This document shows, in pieces, positions 46,566 through 55,573 of a stretch of 56,594 nt of DNA. The stretch is from a virus. Its lineage: Duplodnaviria; Caudoviricetes. The stretch spans positions 1 through 56,594 of the IMG/VR virus record IMGVR_UViG_3300025151_000041. One strand, 5' to 3'. Position 1 is the stretch's first letter, and each line of letters starts with the position of its first letter. The notes beneath the pieces are model-generated. The model was not told the DNA's origin. It made no database searches and was given only the letters and a program-made list of their open reading frames with translations. Both the position numbers and the translations under genes were made by a program.

Positions 46566-47498
46566 ATGCCAGAAGAAAAAGAAGAAAAGGTTGTTGATCT
46601 TGACGAAGGTCAAGAGCAGCCAGTAGAGGTTGTTGTTGAAGAAAAAGAAACGGAACAAGAGCCACCACCAGAGCCACCTCTTGCAGCTACAGAAGAACCT
46701 GAGCAAGAAGATGAAATGGCTGATTACAGCGAAAGTGTCCAAAAACGCATAAAAAAATTGACACATAAAATGCGAGAGGCGGAACGCAGAGAAAAAGCTG
46801 CTACAGACTACGCCCAAGCTATGAAAATACAGGTTGATCAATTGTCAACAAAAATTGGTCAAACAGATAATAGTTATCTAGGAGAGTTAGAAAATCGTTT
46901 GATACACGAAGAAAACTCTTTAAAAGTACAGTTAAAGGAAGCTATTGAGTCTGGTGATGTTGACAAACAGATGGAACTAAATAAGCAAATGGCAACTCAT
47001 GCTATAGATGCTGAAAAGTTCCGACAGGCAAAAGAGTTTAATAAACAACAAAGTGAAGGTAGACAGACTGCACAAACTGCACAAACTGCACAGACGGCAC
47101 AGACTGCACAAACTGCACAGCCAGCACAACAACCGCCAGATCCAAAAGCGGAAAAGTGGGCAGAAAAAAATGAGTGGTTTGGTGATGATGAGCCAATGAC
47201 TCTAACCGCCTTTAGTATTCATAATTCTTTAGTTCAAGAAGGCTATAATCCAACAACAGATGATTATTACTCTGAGTTGGATACTCGGATTCGCAAAGAA
47301 TTTCCTCATAAATTTAATGGAGAGGCTGCAAAAGCTAAAAGACCTAATGCAGTTTCAGCCCCAAATAGAGGAAAAAGTGGTTCTAGAGGTAAAAATTCGA
47401 TAACTTTATCAAAAAGTCAGGTTGCAATCGCAAAGAAACTTGGTGTATCATTAGAAGATTATGCAAAACAAGTTGCAAGATTGCAACAACAAACGTGA
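46566..47498 (+). CDS. capsid scaffolding protein
   Basis: Acidic N-terminus, YSESVQKRIKKLT coiled coil, W...N.WF, IAKKLGVSLEDYAK. Confidence 0.7.
   Translation: MPEEKEEKVVDLDEGQEQPVEVVVEEKETEQEPPPEPPLAATEEPEQEDEMADYSESVQKRIKKLTHKMREAERREKAATDYAQAMKIQVDQLSTKIGQTDNSYLGELENRLIHEENSLKVQLKEAIESGDVDKQMELNKQMATHAIDAEKFRQAKEFNKQQSEGRQTAQTAQTAQTAQTAQTAQPAQQPPDPKAEKWAEKNEWFGDDEPMTLTAFSIHNSLVQEGYNPTTDDYYSELDTRIRKEFPHKFNGEAAKAKRPNAVSAPNRGKSGSRGKNSITLSKSQVAIAKKLGVSLEDYAKQVARLQQQT
47064..47126 (+). repeat. 9-bp tandem repeat encoding (QTA)6
   Basis: cagactgca/caaactgca/cagacggca units. Confidence 0.85.
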
Positions 47499-47510
47499 GG
47501 TAGGCATTAA

Positions 47511-47966
47511 ATGACAAACAAAACCCCACGCTCTGCGACGACAAGATCAAAAACTTCTCGCCGTAAGACATGGTCTCGTCCATCTAGCTTGGACGCTCCT
47601 CCAGCCCCAGAAGGCTTTACTCATCGTTGGATTCGTGAATCAATCATGAACTACGACGATAAGAAAAATATATCTGCTCGGTTACGAGAAGGCTTTGAGC
47701 TTGTTCGATCCGACGAATATCCTGATTTTGAAGCTCCTACCGTACAGGACGGGAAATACGCTGGTGTTATCGGCGTTGGGGGCTTGTTGTTGGCAAGGAT
47801 TCCAAATGAGACACGTGCAGAGCGAAATGATTACTTTGCTCAGAAAACAGATGACCAGAACACGGCTGTAGAACAGAATCTAATGCGAGAACAACATCCT
47901 AGTATGCCTATTCATCAGGATAGGCAGTCTCGTGTAACTTTTGGCGGTGATCGGAAACCCGATTAA
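47511..47966 (+). CDS. head-region conserved protein
   Basis: LDAPPAPEGF.HRWIR, GGLLLARIP; between scaffold and capsid genes. Confidence 0.6.
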   Translation: MTNKTPRSATTRSKTSRRKTWSRPSSLDAPPAPEGFTHRWIRESIMNYDDKKNISARLREGFELVRSDEYPDFEAPTVQDGKYAGVIGVGGLLLARIPNETRAERNDYFAQKTDDQNTAVEQNLMREQHPSMPIHQDRQSRVTFGGDRKPD

Positions 47967-47996
47967 TCCGTCAGCAAACCGTGAGAGGTATTAAAA

Positions 47997-48614
47997 ATGG
48001 CAAATATAGATGCCGCTTTTGGACTTCGTCCATATAGAATACTCGGTTCTGCAGCAAACACGAATGGGATAGCTACTTATAAGATTCAGACCTCTGGAAC
48101 AGCAGGTACTTCTAGTGTTATTTATGAAGGTACTCCTGTTATTCCTCTCGCAAATGGTTTGATCGACATAGTAGGAGCCGCCGCAGGTGGCACTGTTCCG
48201 TTGATTGGTGCATTTATCGGGTGTAAGTATACAGACACGAATGGAAATGTCATCTTTGCAAACAAATGGCCTGGAACTTCGTCTGTAAAATCAAGCACAG
48301 CAGCAGAGTGTTTTATTGCGAACAATCCTGATCAATTGTTTTTGATCAATTGTGACGCCGCAGTAACTCAAGCTGCCGTTCATGCAAACGCTAATTTTGC
48401 TTCGGGTACAAGTGGTGATTCTACTACAGGTATTTCCTCTGCAGAACTTGCCGTAAGTACAGTCGCTACTACAAATACATTGAATTTGAGGATTATGGGT
48501 TTTGAAGACTCACCTTCAAATGCTGATGTGACTGCTGCGGGAATGTTGGCGATTGTGAAGCTCACTAACCACTTTTATGCCTATTCTCAGAATGGCACAA
48601 TAGCTGGTATATAG
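47997..48614 (+). CDS. capsid decoration / minor capsid protein
   Basis: MAN.DAAFGLRP; small-residue-rich; directly before MCP. Confidence 0.6.
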   Translation: MANIDAAFGLRPYRILGSAANTNGIATYKIQTSGTAGTSSVIYEGTPVIPLANGLIDIVGAAAGGTVPLIGAFIGCKYTDTNGNVIFANKWPGTSSVKSSTAAECFIANNPDQLFLINCDAAVTQAAVHANANFASGTSGDSTTGISSAELAVSTVATTNTLNLRIMGFEDSPSNADVTAAGMLAIVKLTNHFYAYSQNGTIAGI

Positions 48615-48628
48615 GGAGGATATAGAAT

Positions 48629-49537
48629 ATGCCGATAACCCGTGGACAACTCCTTAAAGAACTAGAACCAGGACTCAATGCCTTATTTGGACTTGAGTAT
48701 GATCGTTATGATAACGAACACGCAGAAATTTTTGAACAAGAAAGTTCCGACAGAGCTTTTGAGGAAGAAGTAATGCTATCTGGTTTTGGTCAAGCTCCTG
48801 TGAAAGGTGAAGGTGCAGCCGTTACTTATGACACTGCAAATGAAGCCTACACTGCTCGCTACACACACGAAACTATTGCTCTAGCATTTTCGATTACTGA
48901 GGAAGCTGTAGAGGATAACCTCTATGACCGCCTAAGTTCTCGTTACACAAGAGCTTTAGCTCGTTCAATGGCGAACACAAAACAGGTCAAAGCAGCTAAC
49001 ATTCTGAACAATGCGTTTGATAGTTCATTTACTTTTGGTGATGGAAAAGAGCTTTGTGCTACAGACCATCCAACTACAGGTGGTGGAACTCTTCGTAACG
49101 AATTGTCAACTTCAGCTGACTTGAACGAAACTTCACTCGAACAGTCTTTGATAGATATTGCAGCTTTCATAGATGAGCGTGGTTTGAAAATTGCTCTGCA
49201 AGGTCGTAAGTTAATTATTCCATCAGCTTTACAGTTTGTGGCAGAAAGACTTATGGCTTCAAACCTACGTCCAGGAACTGCTGATAATGATATCAATGCT
49301 ACTCGTAGTATGGGAATGTTACCTGATGGTTATGTAATTAACCATTTCTTAACAGATACAGATGCATTCTTTATCAAAACAGATGCACCAAATGGCTTTA
49401 AACATTTTGTTCGTGCTCCTATCCGTACTTCTATGGAAGGTGATTTCGAAACTGGAAATGTTCGCTACAAAGCTCGTGAGCGTTACAGCTTTGGTGTTTC
49501 AGATCCTCGTTGTGTTTTTGGTTCTCCAGGAGCATAA
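48629..49537 (+). CDS. major capsid protein
   Basis: LLKELEPGLNALFG, ITEEAVEDNLY, GDFETGNVRYKARERYSFG; strong terminator follows. Confidence 0.85.
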   Translation: MPITRGQLLKELEPGLNALFGLEYDRYDNEHAEIFEQESSDRAFEEEVMLSGFGQAPVKGEGAAVTYDTANEAYTARYTHETIALAFSITEEAVEDNLYDRLSSRYTRALARSMANTKQVKAANILNNAFDSSFTFGDGKELCATDHPTTGGGTLRNELSTSADLNETSLEQSLIDIAAFIDERGLKIALQGRKLIIPSALQFVAERLMASNLRPGTADNDINATRSMGMLPDGYVINHFLTDTDAFFIKTDAPNGFKHFVRAPIRTSMEGDFETGNVRYKARERYSFGVSDPRCVFGSPGA

Positions 49538-49565
49538 CAACTCGAATTTAAAAATTCGAAATTTT

Positions 49566-49597
49566 AGAAAGGAGACCTTGCGTCTCCTTTCTTTTTT
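49566..49597 (+). terminator. intrinsic terminator
   Basis: agaaaggagac-cttgc-gtctcctttct followed by T-tract. Confidence 0.85.
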
Positions 49598-49662
49598 GTG
49601 TACTGTTTAGTTTCCTGACAACTGCATGGTGCGGTTGACATTTGCCACGACAGGAGATTAAC

Positions 49663-50400
49663 ATGGCAGTACATTTTACAGGACCAATTTTGTTCGCAGG
49701 AAAAGATTCACCTCGCAAATGGTTCGAAAACCTACCTATAGATAAAAACCCAGATTATGTTGTCACATTTGATGATTATACTGGTGTTGCTCTGGACTCA
49801 ACGAACGACTGGACAGTCGTTAAAGATAGTGGAGCGTCAGCAGCAATAGCAGCAGACGTTGAGAGTGGAGTTCTTTTACTTAGCAGTACCGCTACTACTG
49901 ATAATGACGGTGCATCTGTGCAAGGTAATGAAATATTTAAAGTTGCTACAGGTTCAAGCGGTAGAGATATCTGGTTTGAAACTAAGTGTAAAGTTTCTGA
50001 CGCTGATCAAATGGACTTTTGCATTGGTATGACAGTGAATTTTGCAACAAATCCAGAGGCAATGTTAGCAGCAGCCGACAGAATTGTTTTTGAGTCTGAC
50101 GATGGAGCAGCAACTTTACAAGTTATTACAGAAAAAGACGGTACAGAAACAGCAACGGCTTTATCTTCTACTTATGATCTTGCTGATGACACTTTTGTTA
50201 CTTTAGGCTTTAAAGTTTCTGGCAAAAACAGAGACAGTGCAAAGGTTGAATTTTTTGTTGACAGAGTGTTAGTTGCTACACATACGACTAATATTCCTGA
50301 TGATGAAAATTTAACAGTTGGAGCTATGGAACTTTCTGGTGATACTACTGGAACTAAAACAGCTTCTGTTGATTATTTATTTGCGGCTCAAGATAGATAG
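49663..50400 (+). CDS. structural protein (beta-rich)
   Basis: Start MAVHFTGP after CAGGAG; ends VDYLFAAQDR. Confidence 0.6.
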   Translation: MAVHFTGPILFAGKDSPRKWFENLPIDKNPDYVVTFDDYTGVALDSTNDWTVVKDSGASAAIAADVESGVLLLSSTATTDNDGASVQGNEIFKVATGSSGRDIWFETKCKVSDADQMDFCIGMTVNFATNPEAMLAAADRIVFESDDGAATLQVITEKDGTETATALSSTYDLADDTFVTLGFKVSGKNRDSAKVEFFVDRVLVATHTTNIPDDENLTVGAMELSGDTTGTKTASVDYLFAAQDR

Positions 50401-50409
50401 GAGCAATAA

Positions 50410-50547
50410 ATGGTAACAGCAAAAAAGACTGTAACAAAGAAAACAGCTTCAAAGACTACTGTTAAAAAAAGCTCAAAGAAGGAACTTCCTCCCGTAGGAA
50501 GTTCCGAGCATAAAGCAATGGTTCTGCGAGGAGAAATCAAAGAATAG
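50410..50547 (+). CDS. small Lys-rich protein (45 aa)
   Basis: Manual: MVTAKKTVTKKTASKTTVKKSSKKELPPVGS...; AGGAG RBS. Confidence 0.55.
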   Translation: MVTAKKTVTKKTASKTTVKKSSKKELPPVGSSEHKAMVLRGEIKE

Positions 50548-50559
50548 GAAGGAGGGTGT

Positions 50560-51168
50560 ATGTCGGGATCAGATGTACAATCCACATTTATTGAGGCAGC
50601 AGCTTCTGATGATAATGGAATATCAACGGCGGCTACTTTGTCTGGAGCAGGTAATCTCACCATTAACGGTGCATTAGCAGATGGAGGTTCGGTTACTTTT
50701 GACCAGCCTCGTAATGTGATTATTACGTCTGCTGGTGACGATAGTGGTGACACATTCACTGTAACAGGAACGGATGAAACAGGTGCAGCTCAAACAGAAG
50801 CTATAACAGGAGCAGATACAGGAGTTGCAACAGGCTCTAAATATTTTGCTACTGTTACGCAAATTGCGGCTTCTGGTGCAAGTGCAGGTAATGTCGAAGC
50901 AGGTTCTGGTACAGCTATTGCTGCTCCTATATTTAAAGGTAGCTTAAGACTTCGTAATTTTTATGTAGTGAACACAGGCACAGCAGGTACAATTTCGTTT
51001 AACGAAGGCTCTGCAACAGGAACAAATATTATGAAGTTTAACACTGTAGCAAGTGCCAATACTAATGCTTACCCTGATATTGGAGGCGAAGGTTTGAGGT
51101 TTAATGGGGGAGGTTATGTTGTGTATACCCAAACTCATTTATCTTCTTTAACTGTATTTTATAACTAG
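50560..51168 (+). CDS. structural protein
   Basis: Gly/Ala/Thr-rich; FTVTGTD, GLRF..G. Confidence 0.6.
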   Translation: MSGSDVQSTFIEAAASDDNGISTAATLSGAGNLTINGALADGGSVTFDQPRNVIITSAGDDSGDTFTVTGTDETGAAQTEAITGADTGVATGSKYFATVTQIAASGASAGNVEAGSGTAIAAPIFKGSLRLRNFYVVNTGTAGTISFNEGSATGTNIMKFNTVASANTNAYPDIGGEGLRFNGGGYVVYTQTHLSSLTVFYN

Positions 51169-51175
51169 GTGGGTC

Positions 51176-51334
51176 ATGAAAACCGAAGAAGTATTGAAAC
51201 TTTTAGAAAAACATGAACACCAGTGTAATGTTCGATACGACAGGATTGAAAAAGCACTCGACAGATTTGACACAAAACTCTGGGGCATTTTTATTATCAT
51301 AATTGTAGCTTCGGGGTTAGAGCAGCTATTGTGA
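51176..51334 (+). CDS. small coiled-coil plus TM protein
   Basis: Manual: MKTEEVLKLLEKHEHQCNVRYDRIE...LWGIFIIIIVASGLEQLL*. Confidence 0.5.
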   Translation: MKTEEVLKLLEKHEHQCNVRYDRIEKALDRFDTKLWGIFIIIIVASGLEQLL

Positions 51335-51340
51335 GGTTTT

Positions 51341-51616
51341 ATGGCAAGCAGAAAACCGCCAAAAGGTAAAGCAAAAGTTAAAATTGTAAAAGGTAAATCT
51401 GGGCGTACAAGAAGAGTGGCGTATGGTCAAGCTGGTCAAGCAAAAGGTGGAGGTCCTAGAGTAAAACCAGGAACCTCCAAAGGTGATAGCTATTGTGCAA
51501 GATCTTTAGGTATCAAAAAACGGTTATCAAAGAAAAAACGAAATGATCCCAATACTCCTAATAACTTATCACGCAAGCGTTGGAAATGTCGTGGTGCAAA
51601 AAGCATGAGGGCTTAA
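51341..51616 (+). CDS. highly basic small protein
   Basis: K/R-rich; SYCARS.G...WKC. Confidence 0.6.
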   Translation: MASRKPPKGKAKVKIVKGKSGRTRRVAYGQAGQAKGGGPRVKPGTSKGDSYCARSLGIKKRLSKKKRNDPNTPNNLSRKRWKCRGAKSMRA

Positions 51617-51617
51617 A

Positions 51618-51839
51618 ATGGCTAAAAAAGGTTTATACTATAATATTAATCAAAAACGTAAACGGATAGCAGCAGGTTCAGGTGAAAAAATGCGAAAACC
51701 AGGAGATAAAGGAGCTCCTACAAAACAAGATTTTATTGATTCTGCTAAAACAGCAAAATTATCTGGTGGTGGTTATGTTACCACTAAAGGTTGCGGAGTT
51801 ATAGATTCAAATAGGAAAAAGAAAACTATGATAACGTAA
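51618..51839 (+). CDS. basic small protein
   Basis: GLYYNI..KRKRI..GSGEKMRKPG.KGAPT. Confidence 0.6.
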   Translation: MAKKGLYYNINQKRKRIAAGSGEKMRKPGDKGAPTKQDFIDSAKTAKLSGGGYVTTKGCGVIDSNRKKKTMIT

Positions 51840-52510
51840 TGTCTTATTTAGTAAGTAACATACCGTATTTTAAATGTTGGGTTAGGAAAGAATTTACACA
51901 CAATCATGAACAGTATCAAGGAGAATACTTACATTGTTTAGTTATAGCTGTGAATACAGTACCCGATAGATGTTTGAGTTTTCAAGTTGTGTTTACAGGG
52001 TGTGAAAGTGATATAGAAGAAACTGAAAATTTACATGGTGGAGCTATGTGGGCAAGATTACCAATTACTGCTTTAATTGCAGATACCCCGTTAAAGGAAT
52101 GGCCTGAAAGAATGCCCGTACACCTTGCTCAACCTTGGGATTGCAGTTCGCACTATCATTCTGTAGTAAAATTTGATAGAGTAAGTTCTAGTCCGTGGTT
52201 ATGTAAGATTGATGGTGAGTTTCATACTGGTCGGTATTTGTTCACTGTTGATTATACGGGTAACGAAATTGCAGATGACCCAGCCCAACACAAACAAAGT
52301 CATGTGTTGGAGTTGACAAATGCAGGTAAGTACACAGGGAATATTGTTGCATTACCAAACAATCGTGTAAGAGCAACAAGCCCTGCCCTCTGGGAGACAG
52401 GAACAGGTGCTCCCGATTTTAAACCAAGTCAGTGGATACATACAGCGGAATGTGATGATAGTTATATGGATCCCGACGTAACTTTTGATAATCTTTATTC
52501 GGAGGATTAA
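51839..52510 (+). CDS. conserved phage hypothetical protein
   Basis: GAMWARLPI.AL, QPWDC, YLFTVD, HKQSH, ALPNNR. Confidence 0.65.
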   Translation: MSYLVSNIPYFKCWVRKEFTHNHEQYQGEYLHCLVIAVNTVPDRCLSFQVVFTGCESDIEETENLHGGAMWARLPITALIADTPLKEWPERMPVHLAQPWDCSSHYHSVVKFDRVSSSPWLCKIDGEFHTGRYLFTVDYTGNEIADDPAQHKQSHVLELTNAGKYTGNIVALPNNRVRATSPALWETGTGAPDFKPSQWIHTAECDDSYMDPDVTFDNLYSED

Positions 52511-52511
52511 A

Positions 52512-52637
52512 ATGAAAAGAAAGAAAATGATGGGTGGTGGAGCAGCCATGAAAAAGAAAAAAGGTTACGCTAAAGGCGGAGCTGTTATGAAAAAGAAAAA
52601 AGGCTACGCCAGAGGTGGAGCTGTTAGGAGAAAATAA
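52512..52637 (+). CDS. tiny protamine-like repeat peptide (41 aa)
   Basis: Manual: MKRKKMMGGGAAMKKKKGYAKGGAVMKKKKGYARGGAVRRK*; GGAGG RBS. Confidence 0.65.
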   Translation: MKRKKMMGGGAAMKKKKGYAKGGAVMKKKKGYARGGAVRRK

Positions 52638-53543
52638 ATGGCAACCTCTGGTTCCAAAGATTTTCAGCCTGATGTTGCTGATTATATAGAAGAGGCTTTT
52701 GAGCGGTGCGGTTTTGAGGTGCGTACAGGTTACGATCTAAAAACAGCCAAGCGTTCTTTAAACTTGCTTTTTGCTGATTGGGCAAATCGTGGCTTGAATC
52801 GTTGGACAATTTCCCAGGATACACTTACGTTGGCAGACGGTATTGCTGATTATCCTCTAGGTACATTGACTATGACTGTAGGGGCTACTGCTTCATTTTC
52901 TGTGTCGGAAACTATTACAGGTGGCACAAGTGGAGCAACTGCATCTATCACAAGTAAACCTTCTGGTACAAGTTTGGCTATTACTGTACCATCTGGCACG
53001 TTCAGTTCTGGTGAAACTATAACTGGTGGCACAAGTGGAGCTACAACAACTGTGAGTAGTGCTGTATCATTTGAAAATATACAAGCAAGTATAGATATTC
53101 TTTCGGCGGTAGTTCGTACCGACGGGGGAACTTCTACACAATCTGATATGAGTATTTCTCGTGTTAGTCGAGACCAATACATAAACATACCAAGTAAACG
53201 CACAGAAGCAAGACCCACGCAGTTTTATGTTGATAGAACTATTACCCCTGTAATAAAACTCTGGCCTACTCCAAACAACAATACATACGAACTTGTGTTT
53301 GATAGGTTAATGAGAATGGACGACATAGACACCTATACAAATAATCCCGAAGTACCATTTAGATTTTATCCTTGTTTAACAGCAGGATTGGCATATTATA
53401 TTTCAATGAAAAGAGCTCCAGATCGTATACAAGTTTTAAAAGCAGTTTACGAAGAAGAGTTTGAAAGAGCAGCCGCAGAAGATAGAGATAGAGCAAGTTT
53501 GAGTTTAACCCCTAGTAGAGATTATTATTCGTTTATATCATGA
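52638..53543 (+). CDS. head-tail adaptor / tail tubular protein with Gly/Thr-rich insertion
   Basis: IEEAFERCG, A.RSLNL...WANRG, RP.Q..V.R, GLAYY; ETITGGTSGAT x2. Confidence 0.65.
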   Translation: MATSGSKDFQPDVADYIEEAFERCGFEVRTGYDLKTAKRSLNLLFADWANRGLNRWTISQDTLTLADGIADYPLGTLTMTVGATASFSVSETITGGTSGATASITSKPSGTSLAITVPSGTFSSGETITGGTSGATTTVSSAVSFENIQASIDILSAVVRTDGGTSTQSDMSISRVSRDQYINIPSKRTEARPTQFYVDRTITPVIKLWPTPNNNTYELVFDRLMRMDDIDTYTNNPEVPFRFYPCLTAGLAYYISMKRAPDRIQVLKAVYEEEFERAAAEDRDRASLSLTPSRDYYSFIS

Positions 53544-53845
53544 CAAAATATTCATCAGGAAAATATGCAAAATTTATATCCGACCGTAGTGGTATGGAGT
53601 TTCCGTATACTGAAAGAGTTAGGGAATGGGACGGTACAGTTGTGCATATTTCTGAGTATGAAAGAAAACACCCACAATTAGAACCACCCCCTCCACCATA
53701 CGAACCTCAATCTTTATACCAGCCAAGACCTGATAGAGAAGAACCTTTGCAAGTTCCTGTAGGGCAAGATTCTTTTCCTTTGTTTGAAAATTCTTCAACA
53801 CAGTGCGTAGGGCAAGTTGGTGTTGTAGGAGTAACCACATCATGA
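53540..53845 (+). CDS. conserved virion-region protein
   Basis: GKYA..ISDRSG..FPY, E.KHPQL. Confidence 0.55.
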   Translation: MTKYSSGKYAKFISDRSGMEFPYTERVREWDGTVVHISEYERKHPQLEPPPPPYEPQSLYQPRPDREEPLQVPVGQDSFPLFENSSTQCVGQVGVVGVTTS

Positions 53846-54486
53846 GTTTTACATTTACAACTTTAAAATCAGCTATACAAGATTACACAGACAATGGTGA
53901 AACTACTTTTGTAAACAATCTTTCAGTTTTTATAACATCAGCCGAAGAACGTATTTTAAAAAATGTGCAGTTATCTTTGTTCCGCAAAAACGCATCAGGG
54001 TCGACAACAAATGCAAACAAGTATCTTGCTTTACCTTCTGATTTTTTAACTCCGTTTTCACTGAGTATATTGAGTTCTTCAGAACACGTTTTTCTTGATT
54101 TAAAAGATGTAAACTTTGTGCAGTCGTTTAACCCAAATCCTGCAACAACAGGTACACCACGTTACTACGCTATTTTTGACAACGACAATCTTATCTTAGG
54201 ACCAACACCTGATGCTGCTTATACAGCAGAACTTCATTATTTTTATAGACCTACAAGTATAACCACAAGTGGTGATGGTACATCTTGGCTTGGCACAAAT
54301 GCTCCTAATACATTACTCTATGGTAGTTTAGTAGAAGCCTACACGTTTATGAAAGGTGAACCAGATATACAACAGTTGTACGCACAAAGATTTGAAGAAG
54401 CAGTGTTAGCCCTGAAAAACTTTGGCGAGGCTAAAGAAGTTACTGACCAATACAGGTCAGGAATGATTGTGAGGCAAAAACAATGA
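53842..54486 (+). CDS. tail adaptor / tubular protein
   Basis: LK.AIQDY, GTPRYYA, LGPTPD..Y..ELHY, WL..NAP..LLYGSLVEA. Confidence 0.65.
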   Translation: MSFTFTTLKSAIQDYTDNGETTFVNNLSVFITSAEERILKNVQLSLFRKNASGSTTNANKYLALPSDFLTPFSLSILSSSEHVFLDLKDVNFVQSFNPNPATTGTPRYYAIFDNDNLILGPTPDAAYTAELHYFYRPTSITTSGDGTSWLGTNAPNTLLYGSLVEAYTFMKGEPDIQQLYAQRFEEAVLALKNFGEAKEVTDQYRSGMIVRQKQ

Positions 54487-54779
54487 TGGAAGGTATATCA
54501 GCAAACGGGGCAACCAATTTTAATGTAAATGTTCTTACAACACAAAATAGAGGTATGACACCAGAAGAAATTGCAAAAATATGTGCGGATAAAATTGTTT
54601 CGGTGTCTCAAGATTCTCACCCTGTTATACGAGATCAAGCTATAGAATTTAAAGAAACAATAACAAAATTACTTACGTTTTATATGAAACAGGCTATAAA
54701 AAGTGATAGGACAACAATATATAATGAGCTGGTGAAAAATGGTCATAACGAACTAGCTGAGTTCATAAGGAGATTATAA
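54483..54779 (+). CDS. hypothetical protein
   Basis: 98 aa; TT.NRG..PEE. Confidence 0.55.
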   Translation: MMEGISANGATNFNVNVLTTQNRGMTPEEIAKICADKIVSVSQDSHPVIRDQAIEFKETITKLLTFYMKQAIKSDRTTIYNELVKNGHNELAEFIRRL

Positions 54780-55222
54780 TGGCTTTTAGTGGAAATTTTA
54801 TGTGTACGACTTTTAAAAAAGAACTTTTGTACGGAGTTCATGATTTTAAAGGTGACACTATGAAAATAGCATTGTATACAAACAGTGCTTCTTTTAATGC
54901 TTCAACTACAGCTTTTACAACATCAAACGAAGTAAGCGGAACAAATTATACCTCTGGTGGTAACACTCTTACAAAAGTAGATCCTACTGTTTCGGGTACA
55001 ACTGCTTTAACAGATTTTAGTGATACAACGTGGAGTTCTTCAACAATCACAGCTAGGGGGGCTTTAATTTATAACAGTACTCCTAACACAACTTCTTTAT
55101 CAGTTAGCAACCCAACGATTATTGTTTTAGATTTTGGTAGTGATAAAAGCTCAAGTAGTGGTGATTTTACGATTGTGTTCCCAGCAGCAGATGCAAGTAA
55201 CGCTATTATAAGGATTGCATAA
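54779..55222 (+). CDS. tail-associated structural protein
   Basis: FKKELL.G.HDF, KIALYT, TARGALIYN, LDFG.DK. Confidence 0.6.
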   Translation: MAFSGNFMCTTFKKELLYGVHDFKGDTMKIALYTNSASFNASTTAFTTSNEVSGTNYTSGGNTLTKVDPTVSGTTALTDFSDTTWSSSTITARGALIYNSTPNTTSLSVSNPTIIVLDFGSDKSSSSGDFTIVFPAADASNAIIRIA

Positions 55223-55563
55223 TGACAGATGTAGTAGTTCCATTTGGAGGTTGGGGAAGAAGCACTTGGGGTAGTGGCACATGGGATAATGATAATTTTA
55301 CAACAAAAGCAACAGGGAATGTAGGTTCAGTTACAATTTCTCTTGCCTCAGATGTATCGGTTACGGGATTAGCTGGTACAGGGAGTGTAGGTTCAGTTAC
55401 GATAAACACTGAATCAAGTGTATCAGTTACAGGATTAGCAGCAACAGGAGCAGTTGGATCTGCAAGTACAAATGCTTGGGCAGAGGTTGTTCCCGACCAA
55501 TCTCCAAGTTGGTCGGCAGTTTCACCAAGCCAAACACCTTCTTGGGAAGACATAGCAGCATAA
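55222..55563 (+). CDS. tail-associated protein
   Basis: GWGRSTWGSGTW; repeated VSVTGLA.TG.VGS. Confidence 0.55.
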   Translation: MTDVVVPFGGWGRSTWGSGTWDNDNFTTKATGNVGSVTISLASDVSVTGLAGTGSVGSVTINTESSVSVTGLAATGAVGSASTNAWAEVVPDQSPSWSAVSPSQTPSWEDIAA

Positions 55564-55573
55564 GGATAAGACA

